Shown in pieces: positions 1 to 11,700 of a DNA stretch of 64,000 nt. A program made the position numbers and the translations under genes. Under the pieces are notes generated by a model, which saw only the letters and a list, made by a program, of their open reading frames with translations, was not told where the DNA came from and did not search any database. The DNA comes from Azolla caroliniana. Its lineage: Eukaryota; Plantae; Polypodiophyta. Position 1 is the first letter of the stretch; the number at the start of each line of letters is the position of its first letter. The stretch spans positions 11,594,001 through 11,658,000 of the forward strand of contig JBHGNT010000017.1 of assembly GCA_043228905.1 (NCBI GenBank). Reading direction: 5' to 3'.

Positions 1-544
1 ACGCAATACAGAACACGATGCACATAGATTTAATGTGGAAACCCTAAAACGGGAGAAAAACCACAGGTGAACAAAGCTTCACTATATAGTGGATGTACAA
101 TAGAAGAGATTACAACACTCCTATCGAGTGTATCAGCCACACAGGGCTCTTGGCATCTACTGTTACACACGCTCACAGCTATGGCACAACTCTCTCTCAC
201 TCTTCACACTCTCTGTAGCAAACACACAACTACTACCCAACTTACTTTTTGTTCTACACTCTTCATCATCTCTGTTTGCCCTAGGCGTATTTATACTAAT
301 ACATCATATGGACTATTTACGAGTGTAGCCCCTACTACACATCACTACTATTGTTGTAACAATAATAATAATAATACTAATACTAATACTAATACTAATA
401 CTAATACTAATAACAATAACAATAACAATAACAATAACAATAACAATAATAATAATAATAGTCAATAGTTAATTAGTCGACTCTTCGACTGTCGACTACT
501 TCTGGACAATCGGCTCCTCCCGGTGGAGGGACATATTCCCAACA
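1..544 (-). mobile_element. 3' LTR of a Ty1/Copia element (runs off the left edge of the window)
   Basis: On the minus strand the LTR starts TGTTGGGAATATGTCCC at 544, directly after a polypurine tract (plus strand aactcccccttc at 545-556). It resembles the LTRs at 46341 and 51336. Confidence 0.85.
358..460. repeat. Compound microsatellite (AAT)n/(AATACT)n/(AACAAT)n inside the LTR U3
   Basis: Directly visible. It is an expanded version of the short tattattatt tract in the related LTRs at ~46481 and ~51481. Confidence 0.95.
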
Positions 545-553
545 AACTCCCCC

Positions 554-1106
554 TTCACTCCTATGGGAGGGAGTTAGTTAGTCTTGTTTTCTCTCGACAG
601 ACTCTAGGTCTGTCCATAGGTAGGTTCTTCGTGAGCATGTCGGATCCATTATCATTAGTATGGATCTTCACAAGGATAAACTCTCCTTCATCTACCTTCT
701 TCAGCAACCAATGGTACCTCCTCTGTATATGCTTGGTCCGGGAGTGGTATGTACCATTCTTGGCTAGATGTATGGCACTTTGGCTGTCCCAATGAAGCAA
801 GAACTCCATTTTCTTTCTCCCTAACTCATTGAGAAAATTTCTCATCCAGATCAGCTCTTTGTCAGCCTCTACCGCTCTCATGTACTCAGCCTCTCTGGTC
901 GACAAAGCCACTGACTTTTGTAGTCATGACTGCGACGACACTGCTCCCCCTGCATAGGTCATCACGTACTCTGATGTGGATCAGCTTGAGTCTACATCCC
1001 CTCACATGTCTGAGTCGGTAAAACCTTCCAGCATAGGTTTTCCGACACTATACCTAAGGTACACCCTCGAGGTGCATTTCAAGTACCTGAGTATCCACTT
1101 CACCGC
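554..1106 (-). pseudogene. Copia RT C-terminus / RNase H fragment
   Basis: ORF 561..911 contains ALSTREAEY and DSQSAIHLAKN...RTKHIQRRYHW. The fragment has stops and is truncated by the LTR at 1107. Confidence 0.9.
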
Positions 1107-2281
1107 TATCATAAAGATCCATCACTAGGTGTGGATTGTGAGGTGGAACCTCCGGGGTCCTGGACAGGAAGGATTCGAAGTATACACTAGCTTTAGTGAG
1201 AAAGTATTAAAGATAGATTGAAAGAGAGAGGGAGAGAGAGAGATTAAGATAAAGATTAAACGCTTGACTTTAGATTTGAGAGAGAAGATATATCAACTAT
1301 AGGATTACAAGTTTTCTTATTTTTCCCCAATTTTACATTAGTTTTCCCTTGCTTGATTCCTCCACTCTTTTATAGATGCCCCCATGCATATGGTGCATGT
1401 GAGGGTGCAAGACATGCACCGAATGCATAAAATGCACGCAATGCATGCTTGCCATGTCATAATCTAAGTCTCATGTATGAGAATTTACGTGTAAAAGTAT
1501 AGTGATAAAAATATAACCCTTAAAGAAATGATTTGGCTTAATGGTAAGCCTATAGACTCTCAACTTGGAGGTGCAAGGTTCAAATTCTTATTTGCACCCC
1601 TTTGTATACAAAAACGTTTTCACTAGGCTTTTTAGTCTTGTTTTTTTTTATTACAAATCTTTAAGTGCATATTACACCTTCACTTGTCGCCAAAGAACTA
1701 GACGATTTTGTTCATTTCACACCGAAAAACTTGAAGGCATCGTGCATGGCGATCAATCTACCCATCCGTTCCATTCAATTTGCATCCGTTTGGTCTGGCC
1801 CGGTCCGCATCTTGATCTGGTTCGGTCCGCAGCCCAAGCTGGTTCTTTCCGGTCGCTAGTCGTCGTTGCCGTCTCGTCGGCGACATCTAAAACCTTTATA
1901 AGTAGCTAGGCCACACCCATTCATTTGATTAGTTTAGTTCAAGTCACCTTGAACTTTGCATGCTCCACACAAAAACACAAGAATAATAGCTTTTGCTTTG
2001 CCTTATATATGGTGGGATCCTTATTTGTCCTGTCTACGTGGAATATTTCACAGTTTTTGTTTTTCTCCTCCTTTGCAAACTTCATACCCACATAACTTGA
2101 CACTTAGTTGTCTGTTTCTTATGTAGTAAAGTGCATTCGAAAGCTCTTGAAGATCTCCATCTTTCTGTACCAAGATTTTAAACTTATTTAAAATAGTATC
2201 TTCACTATTATTGATTTATATTTTGTGAGTAGAACCATGTTTTATGTGATTTTCACACCATTGCCGAAAATCTTCACGACA
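1107..2281 (-). mobile_element. 3' LTR (~1,175 bp) of a Gypsy element related to the tRNA-Trp family
   Basis: Termini are tatcataaagat (a G>A-decayed tgtcgtgaagat) and atcttcacgaca. Adjacent 2282-2300 is the reverse complement of a PPT (GGTGGGGGTGGA) like that at 17221-17233. Both ends are homologous to the LTR at 54825..55554. Confidence 0.75.
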
Positions 2282-2932
2282 TCCACCCCCACCAAACCGC
2301 ACGTTATCGTGAAGAAAAACCGTCCACAAGCGGAATCGGTGCACCGGAGCGTAGGAACCGGCTCTTCATGCACGTACGCCTTATGTTGTACATAGAAGAT
2401 CCTAGGTAGGTAGATTCGGTAGGTAGGAAGTTAATGGAAAACGGCTCCTTCCTTGCCTATAAAAGGAGGGAGACGAGGAGGGGGGAAGGGATCGCGGTTA
2501 GTGACGACGAAGTGTTGTCGGGTGTCAGCCGAAGGCTTCTCTCTCTTTCAAAACTCCATAGCTTCTTTCTGTGCAGGTTTCAGGAGGCTCGCGCTGCTCT
2601 GAGGAATGCCCGAGTGCTTCCGGCAGCACCTCCAACCTACTCCTTTCTTTCTGTGCGTTTACGAACAGGCATCGGCATCTGTTCGCCGGCCTATTCGGTT
2701 GTAACCGACTTCGTGCTTCTTGCTGTTTGTCCTTGTTAATATATATATACATACATTCGTGTCTCTCTGCGTCGGTGTCCCACTCGCGTCTTTGTGTCGA
2801 GGGCCGTGTCCCTGAGAATCTGCGCTCGCACGTAGTGGGTCTCTTCCCTTCTCCTTTCTCTCTTGCTTTTCGGTGCAAGACCCCCGAGGTCCCGCCTCAT
2901 TTCACGCATCCGCGAGGAACACCTCGACATCT

Positions 2933-2950
2933 TGGTGAACCCGACGTGAA
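2933..2950 (+). promoter_or_regulatory. Primer-binding site complementary to tRNA-Trp
   Basis: TGGTGAACCCGACGTGAA is the reverse complement of the plant cytosolic tRNA-Trp 3' end as I recall it (..TTCACGTCGGGTTCACCA). It starts 3 nt after the LTR end. Confidence 0.8.
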
Positions 2951-5286
2951 CGAGGCGGCAGAAGAGCAAAAGATGAAAGGCTCGGATCTTGCGGAGGCCA
3001 TGGCTTCGGCCGTGGATCGGATATTGAACGCACGCGAGGGCACCGGCGCCCTCGACAGAGCCATTGAGGTGGTCATCGGTACGATCGGCCGGTTCAGCGG
3101 ATAGGATGCCACGAAGTATTTGGCGTCCTACGGGGCAGAAATGCTGATGCGGGACATTCCGGAAGAGAGGCGTCTTACCGGGTTCCCTCGAGTGGCGATG
3201 CCGAGCATCCATGCGGAGGTGCTCGAGGTACGGGCGGAGAGCCGTACCTGGGAGGAGTTCGAAGGCCGACTCCTAGAAAAATATGGGCTGGACGACGCGC
3301 TCCGGCTTTCGAAACGGGACTTCATGGAATGGGTGGAGTCCCCCGGCAAGGGAAGAAACGCGTTGGCACTCCTCCGGGACTTTGAGGAACGCTTTGCGCG
3401 CCTTTCGGCGCTTGACCAAACCGTTCTGGATACGAGCTGGGTCCTACTGTTCGTCAAGTCGGTGGACGAGCGGGACCGGGATCAAGTCGACTCCTTGCTA
3501 GAAACCGAAGACGGGCTGACGACCAACTGGGTTGCGATTAAGAGAGTCTGTGGACGTTTCGACAAACGGCGAGAATGGGCTAACAACGGGGCGACCGGAG
3601 CGGGCTCTGTCACAGAAAGGAGGCTTGAACCGGCACCACAAGGGCGAAGGGCAGAGACCCGGGAGTGGCTCGAAACCGGTTCGGCTTCGACCGGCACGGT
3701 CAATGACTCGTCCGGAGGAGTAGCGCTGGAGGAGTTGACACGGGCGATAAAGGATCTCCAGATCGCCCAGACTCGAAGGGAAGGCGGCGAACCGGCTCGT
3801 GACCGACGGCCGGCAACAGGGAACAGATGCATGTCGTGCGACGAGGTCGGCCACATTCGGAAGGACTGCGGCGATTTCGCAGAGGCGTTGAGGAACCGGG
3901 TGGTGTACCTGTGGGAAGGCCGGGTGCATGCCGGAGATACCAGAAGGGCCCTAAACCGAAACGACGGGCGAGGAGGTATGAAGAGACTGATGGAAGAGGC
4001 AGCGGCCCGACACGTGGAGGCCATCCACTACTCGGCGTCGGCCGGTATTCGGGTCGGGGGCAGCGAGGCCCGAAAGGAGAGCAAAGACGGATTCTGGTCG
4101 GCAATGCTGGAAGGCCTCGCCGGCGCACAGCTGAGGGAAGATGAAGCGAACCGCGCTGAGAGACGAGTCCGGGAAATAGCCGGGTGGAGCGACCCGGTCG
4201 AGGAGAAGACGGGCTTCGTAGAAGCCGCCTGCCGGAACTACGAGGCTCTGGTGGAAGACAAACGAGTGGGGAAAGCCGGAGCGGCCGGGCCCTCACAACG
4301 ATACGAGACTCGATTCGGGCAACGACGGAACGATGCCGGTGGGTCCAGCGCAGTTTAGTACGAGACCCGATTCGGGCAACAACGGAACGATGCCGGTGGG
4401 TCATGCGGAGGGGGGAAGGGATCGTGGTTAGTGAGGACAAAGTGTTGTCGGGTTGTCGGCCGAAGGTTTCTTAATCTTCTTATCCATTCGCAACTTCCTT
4501 CATCTTTTGCCAGCTATCTTCTGGTAGCGGAACCGCAACTGGCTTAATCTTCTTATCTGCACAGAAGGGCGAATACCGACTGGGGACGGAAATAGAAAGG
4601 ACCACGGACCTACGAAAGGTCCTAGAAGAGCGGATCCTCGACAGCAAAGTGGAGCTATCATTGCGGGAGGTGCTAGGGATCGCTAAGAAGGAGTTCCACG
4701 ACTCCATTGTGGACTTGGTGAAGCGGAAGAGGCTGTCGACGGAGACGGAACCGAAGAGACCGGTGGAGGTGCGGACGACGCACATCGACGACTTGGCGTT
4801 GGAAGATGAGTGGGCGGAGAGCCACTATTCGAGGCCACACTGGGCCCGAGCGACCACGGAGACCTTGGTAAAGATCGGAGATGTTCAGGAACCGGTGGTG
4901 GCATTGGTGGACCACGGTTCGGAAATAAACCTGATGTCCATGGACTTCTATAAGAAAGGAAAGTGGCCGATCAACACCAAGCACGGGTGGAAGATACGGG
5001 CGGCGACGCGCGCCACCGAGGAACTGCACGGGGCCTGTCCGAACGTGCGGGTCAAGATCGGTGACGTCGAGATTGACCAGCACTTCTTCATACAGGAGAT
5101 GTCCTCGCACCCAGTCATATTAGGGGAACCATACATCACGGCGGCGCAGATGGAGACCAAGGTGCTGGACAACAGTTCGGCCTACGCGAGGGTCAAAAGC
5201 CAGGACGGGCGCCATTCGGTCCAATTTCTGACGGTGCGACCGAACCACGAGCGAAACCGCGAATCCCTTAGTGGCGAGAACCGGGA

Positions 5287-5353
5287 GGATTTTTAGAGAG
5301 GGCTGCCAAGGCGTGGGGCCGAGACAGCCCGGACACTCGGGAAAGACCCCACG
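5287..5353 (+). promoter_or_regulatory. Putative -1 programmed ribosomal frameshift element (slippery heptamer plus pseudoknot)
   Basis: G_GAT_TTT lies immediately before the gag-PR stop, followed by a 6-nt spacer and stem GGGCTGCC/GACAGCCC. Loop CGTGGGG pairs with CCCCACG at 5347-5353. The signal is conserved at 14016-14082 and 43073-43140(-). Confidence 0.7.
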
Positions 5354-7420
5354 GCTGTACGATAGAACCGAAACCGAAGGAACCCTGTACGATAGGTAGA
5401 AAATTTTGCTTCTCCAACAACAGAGGGTGTATGATAGTCGAGTGCCCCATACTCGAATCGGTGGTTTACCGTGCCAAAGAAGAACAGCACGTTGCACTTT
5501 ATTCAAGACCTACAATCGGTGAACAAGGTGACCATTCGGAACGCAGGAATCGGACCAACCATAGACGAGTTCGTGGAGGCCTTCACCATGCCATTCTAAG
5601 AAGACATCCTGATCAAAGGATGCCCGGTAGAGGAAAAGGACGAGACAATCGGACCGGACGGATGTCGGAAATTCGTGGAGGCTCACGTCGATGACTGCAA
5701 GAAGGTACTGCAAAGACTAGAAGGTGCGAGGTTCACCTTCTCTGGGGAAAAATTGGCCTTCGGGCAATCGGAGATCATGGTCGTCGGACACCTATGCGGG
5801 CCATACGGTCGGAAACAGTCATCGGCCAAGGTGGAGGCCATGTCCGCGATGAAGCAAGACTGCAATTCGGTTACAGAGGTTCAAAGATTCCTGGGAGCAT
5901 GTGCGTTCTACCATATTTGGATCCCACATTACGCCCACGTCGTGGAGCCGCTCTATGGGTTGCTGAAGAAAGGGCATAAATTCGAGTGGAGAGACGAGGA
6001 TACAGAGTTGGTCCGGAAGATGAAAGAAGCACTTGTCGCGGCATCGGCGCTTCGAAAGGCTGTCTATGGCAAAGACACTCCGATTTACGTGACCGTAGAC
6101 ATGAGTCTGACCGGGATCAGATGGGTGATCAACCAAGAGGATGACGATGGCACGAGGTTCCCCATCCGGTTCGGCGCAAAAGTCCTCAGTGAGCGACAAC
6201 GAGGATACCCCAGGTTAAACACGAACTCTGGGGTATCGTTTCGGCGGTCAAGGCCGATAAAGACTACCTAATCGGGACAAAGGTGATAATCGAGACGGAC
6301 TGCTTGCCGATTCTCAGCATGGTTTCCGGATGCGTGACGCCGGACCTGGCAATGCTCAGGTGGATAGCGTACATCAAGTCCCTGAATCCGGAAATACGAC
6401 ACATTTCCGGAAAGGACAATGCCATGGATGACATGCTTTCGAGAGCGAGGTTTGATGACGAGGACGGCATGGTTTCGGAGGAAGAGGAAGTCAGCGTGGA
6501 CTTCTTCGAGGCGGCTTACGTAACAACAAGAAAGGGGAGCACTCCGGCGCTTAACGAATTCGACGAGAGCAAGTACGACGGGGAGTGGCTCCAGATCGGC
6601 AGGTTCCTAAAAACAATGACACCGGACGCGGTGTGGACGAAGGAAGAGACCAACCGGAATCGAAAGAAAGCGTACCGATTCTTCCTACGGGACGGGAGCA
6701 TATGGAAGCACCCGAAGAAGAGAAACGTTTCCCGCTCCGAGTGGTGGCGAAGAAAAAGGAGCAGGAAGAATTGTTGACGGCATACCAATAGAGTCCCTAG
6801 GCCGTACACTGCGGGACATGGGCCACATTCAAGAAGCTAAAGGGAAAGTGCTGGTGGTTGGGACTATACCGAGACGTGCATCGCTTCGTGACGACTTGCG
6901 AAAGCTGTCAAGTGCACTCCATAGTCCGACATCGAGACAAGTTTCACCCGACCTACCCTCCAACCGTCCACTTTAAGTGGATGACGGATCTAGTGACGAT
7001 GACGATGGGGGTAGGGCAGATGCGGTATCTGGTGCTGGCTCGGGAGGACCTGACGAACCAGGTGGAAGGCCAAGCGTTGCAGAACAAAACGATCGTGGCC
7101 GTGTGCCGATTTTTCATCGAAGAAGTGGTATGCCGGTATGGGTGCGTAGGTAAAATTGCGGCCGACCCCGGAGAATTGGACGCGCAAGAGGCAGAAAAGT
7201 TGTTTGACCGGCTAGGGATTAAACTCTCACTCACCACAGCGTACAATCTGGAGGCTAACGGGAAGGTGGAGCGCGGACATGGGCCGATCGTCAAAGCGTT
7301 AGTACAGGCGTGTGGAGGCCAAGTCAGGAACTGACCGCGGCTCTTACCGTATGCATTGTGGGCGGACCGAACCACGCACAGTTCAGTAACCGGGTTCATG
7401 TCGGTAGAGCTAATGTATGG

Positions 7421-7680
7421 AAACTCGAACAGGAACACGAACGGGTGTGAGCGACCATGCGGCCCTCACCGGGAACTCGAACACGAACGTGTGAGCGACC
7501 ATGCGACCCTCACCGGGAACTCAAACACGGATGGGCGTGAGCGACCATGCGGCCCTCACCGGGAACTGGAACACGAACACCAACGGGAGTGAGCAGCCTT
7601 GTGTGGACCTCACCGGGAATTGGAAGACAAACACCAACGAGAGTGAGTGGCCTTGTGCGGCCCTCACCGGGAACTAGAAT
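7421..7680. repeat. Degenerate tandem repeat (~5 units of 44-55 bp, core CCCTCACCGGGAAC) in the 5' UTR of a minus-strand element
   Basis: gcgaccatgc recurs at 7451, 7495 and 7541, with two more diverged units. A 30-bp duplication follows at ~7700-7752. Confidence 0.85.
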
Positions 7681-7846
7681 ATGAACATGAACGGGAAAGA
7701 AACTAAAAAATAGAGACAATGATGAGGAGAAACTAAAAAATAGAGACAATGAAGCGATGTTGATGATGGTACGGTGACGATGGTAACTCTAGAAGCAAGG
7801 GCGATGACGGAGACGGGTGATGCTTCTAGTTGGAAGGTGAACAAAC

Positions 7847-8269
7847 TGTCACGGACACACCAAGCGCGGACTAAGACGGAGCACGGATGATAAGGCTACG
7901 ACGGAGCGATGACGGAATGACACAAGAGCATAAAGATAGAGATGAAGATTAAGGAGAGAAATAGGCGAAACGAGAATACTAGATTGATATGTCCATGACT
8001 GGCGTTGTTCACCTTCAATTCCTTCAAGGTGAACTCAACTATTTATACTAAGTGGCATGCATACCTGTTGCACACATGTGATGCAATAGAGCATGTAGGC
8101 TGTAGGTACGCATGCATGTTACAAGTGTTAATAATACAAGGGAGAAATTATGCACATGATGCTAGCTAAAACCTACAATGAGGAAGTATATACATGATTA
8201 TATGCTAGGTGTGGTTAACACATAACACTCGATTATAACATGGTTATGTCAAGAGTTCGAATCATGATA
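7847..8269 (-). mobile_element. 5' LTR (~423 bp) of a probable self-priming LTR retrotransposon
   Basis: Termini are tgtcacg...catgata, with TATAAAT on the minus strand at 8041-8047. There is no tRNA PBS; instead 7833-7844 is the exact inverted complement of 8005-8016. The element abuts Copia RT at 8270. Confidence 0.7.
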
Positions 8270-8758
8270 GAAACAAGTTCCACGCCAATGGTACAAGAGG
8301 TTCGAGTCCTTCATGATGGAACACCGTTTCCAGAAAACACTGGCCAAACACTGTGTGTTCGTAAAAAGTTACGAAGAAGGAGACTTCTTCATTATCTTGT
8401 TATATGTTGATGACATGTTGATTGTCGGTCAAGACACAACGAAGATCAGAAGCTTGAAGAAAGCTCTAGGTAGGTCGTTTGCCATGAAAGATCATGGACC
8501 GGCTAAACAGATCTTAGGAATGCACATAGTTCGAGACAGAGCTCAAAAGGTGTTATGGTTGTCAGAACGGAAGTATGTGACAAAGATCCTAGAAACATTC
8601 AACATGTCAAATGCAAAGCCGGTCGGCTCCGTGTTGTCGACAAACTACAGATTGAATGTGAAGCAGTGCCCCAAAGGGGAGAAGGAGAAGGTTGAGATGA
8701 GGAAGGTACCATATGCCTCAGCCGTCGACAGTCTAATGTACGCTATGGTTTGTACCAG
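8270..8758 (+). pseudogene. Copia RT fragment
   Basis: KQVPRQWY, LLYVDDMLI and VPYASAVDSLMYAMVCTR. It is fused by deletion to another Copia gag at ~8759. Confidence 0.9.
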
Positions 8759-11700
8759 ATTGAAATCAAAGATGAGGGATATCCTAGTGGTCAAAGATCT
8801 TTGGTTGCCGGTTCAGTTCGGGGACAAGAGACTGGACAAGATTGATGCCACAGTGTGGGAGGTGATGCACTTGAAGAAGATGGTGTATATCCGGTGCTTC
8901 ATCGACATGAGCCTGTACAACAACTTCAACGAAGAGAGCAAGGCTCATGAACTCTGGGAGAAGATCGACATTATGTTCCAAAACAAAAATGTTGTTAATC
9001 GGGTTTCGGTATTCCGGAAGCTAGTGAGGCTCCGACACCACGATGGCTCCAGTATGGCGGAGCACATGAATGCCTTCCAGGGACTGATCCACCAAGAAAC
9101 CTCGTTGGTAGTACCTCTTGCCGATGAGGTGCTCGCATTACTCCTGCGCAGTTCCCTCTCAGATAGCTGGGAGATGTTAGTTGTCACGTTGGGCAAAGCC
9201 GGGCCGGAAGGTAAGCAGTTGTCCCTAGCAAGGGTAAAATCAAGCTTGCTAGATGAAGAAGCTCGCCGGAAGGACCAGGAGTCTAGAACCGATCCGAAGG
9301 CCTTCGTCATGGAAGATGACCACAACCGAGGAAGAGGCCGATATCGGAGTCCCCAAAACCGGAACAAATCGGGGACGAGGTCGAAGTCAAGGGGGATGCC
9401 TACTTGCTTCTAATGTGGGAAGCCGGGGCACTTCCAGAAGAACTGTCGGCATTTCCGGAAAGAGAAGGAAACCGGCATCACCGATTCGAAGAAAAGTTCG
9501 GACCGAAACGGTTCGGACCTAAGAGGCCCAGATCGGAAAGGAATTTCGGCGATCACGACAAGTGAAGAGGAACTGATGCTCATCACCGAAGAGAATGCGT
9601 TAAACCTTGTTGGAGACAAGACAACGTGGGTTGTCGATTCCAGAGCGTCATTCCACCTGACATCGGATCGGAAATGTTTCTAATCCTACACAGCCGGTGA
9701 TCACAGTTGTGTCCGGATGGGGCAATGAAGGTACATGCCGAATTGTCGACATAGGAGATGTGTCGTTGACAACATCAAATGGATGCAAGCTACTGCTGAA
9801 GGATGTCTGACACGTTCCGGAAGTTCGACTGAACCTTAGATCAGCCGGTCAGCTAGATGATCAAGGCTACACGGAACAGAGTCATGAAGTTCAACAAAGG
9901 ACGCTTGATCATGGCTAGAGCCCGGAAGATCAACACGTTGTATCTGATGCATGCCCAGATATGCCGGGAAGAAGTGAACATTACATCCAACACTGCCAGT
10001 GAGTTGTGGCACAAGAGACTGTGTCACATGAGTGAGAAGGGGATGAAGAGACTTGCTGAAGACAGTCTCATTCCGGTGAAGGACGTGCAACTTGAGAAGT
10101 GCATCGATTCAAGACCACCGAACCTCCTTTGGTTCAAGACCACCGATGAGAAGGAATGCACCACTGGAGCTAGTGCATACCAATGTGTGTCAAGTGGACA
10201 CGAAGTCACATGCCGGATCTCAATACTTTGTGACATTCATAGATGACCACAGCCGAAAGTTGTGGGTCTCCCCAATGAAGACAAAGGATTAGGTGCTATC
10301 CGTCTTCAAGGAACTCCATACGAGAGTGGAAAGAGAAACCGGTCGGAAGCTGAAAGCGGTTCAAGTAGATAACGAAGGAGAATACCAAGGACAGTTCGAG
10401 GAGTACTGTCGGTAGAAGAGAATCCGCCTCGAATTTACTGTGCCGAAGACGCCGAAACTAAAAGGGTTGGACGAAAGGAAGAACCATACCATAATGGAGA
10501 GAGTCCGGAGCATGCTAGCACACAGACACAAGTGGTTGAGTGCCATGCAGGACGAGATGGATTCCGTACATGAGAACCACATGTATGAACTGACGGAGTT
10601 GCCGAAAGGGAAGAGAGCACTCCGGAACAAGTGAGTGTACAAGCTGAAACCGAGAGACACTAGAAATCCACCAAGGTACAAAGCCCAAATCGTGGTGAAG
10701 GGCTTCTAACAAAAGAAAGGAGTGGATTTCGACGAGATCTTTGCCCCGGTAGTTAAGATGACTTCCATACAGACAGTGTTGAGCATAGCGGCAAGCATGG
10801 ACCTTGAGGTAGAGCAACTAGATGTCAAGAAGGCGTTCCTCCATGGTGACCTCGAAGAGGAGATCTACATGCAGCAACCGAAAGGATTTGAGAAGAAAGG
10901 GAAGGAGAACCTGGTGTCCAGCTGAAGAAGAGCTTATACAGACTTAAGCAAGCTCCCCGGCAATGGTACCAAAAGTTTGACTCTTTCATGACCGATCAAG
11001 GGTACCAAAAAACGCAAGCCGATCACTACGTGTTTGTGAAGAAATTTGATGGAGGAGGCTTCTTGATACTACTCTTGTACGTGGATGACATGTTGATCAT
11101 CAGACAAGACCAGGTCAAGATACAGATGCTAAAGAAGGGTCTAAACCGGACCTTCTCAATGAAATACTTGGGTCCGGCAAGACCGATATTGGGAATGCAT
11201 ATCATCCAGGACCGGTGTCGTGAAGAAAACCGTCCATAAGCAGAATCGGTGCGCTGGAGCATAGGAACCAGCTCTTCATGCACGTACGCCTTACGTTGTA
11301 CATAGGAGAGAATTAGGGACATGGAAGATCCGAGGTAGGTAAATTCGGTAGGTAGGAAGTTAATAGGAAACGGCTCTCTTCTTGCCTATAAAAGGAGGGA
11401 GACGAGGAAGAGGAAGGAATCGCGGAGAGTCGAGGACGAAGTGTTGTCGGTTTGTGGGCGAAGGCTTCTCTCTCTCTTTGGCTCGCAAACTCCATAGCTT
11501 CTTTCTGTGCAGGTTTCGTGAGGCTCGCGCTGCTCTGAGGAATGCCCGACTGCTTCCGGTAGCACCTCTAACCCTCTCCTTCCTTCCTGCGCGTTTGCGA
11601 ACAGGCATCGGCATCTGTTCGCCGGCCTGTTCGGTTGTAACTGACTTCGTGTTTTGATTGTTTGTCTTTGTTAATACATACATACATTCGTGTCTCTCTG

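Larger units (their letters stand above)
2305..7420 (+). mobile_element. Truncated Ty3/Gypsy element, copy 1 of the tRNA-Trp family (5' LTR 2305..2929; gag-PR; partly deleted RT-RH-IN)
   Basis: The LTR is homologous to 11216..11856 and is followed by a PBS at 2933-2950. Gag carries a CCHC knuckle (CMSCDEVGHIRKDC), protease reads ALVDHGSEINL, and integrase reads CESCQ and ANGKVERGH. There are internal deletions and no 3' LTR. Confidence 0.9.

Noticed and set aside
67-468. ORF with a poly-Asn tail
   Set aside because: It is the translation of an (AAT)n microsatellite on the antisense strand of an LTR.
7421-7680. CRISPR-like repeat appearance (also 61933-62262)
   Set aside because: These are tandem units without unique spacers, there are no cas genes, and the context is a eukaryotic retroelement.
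8313-9413. 366-aa RT-Gag fusion ORF
   Set aside because: A chance in-frame deletion junction between two decayed Copia copies, with no promoter or LTR context and stops on both sides.
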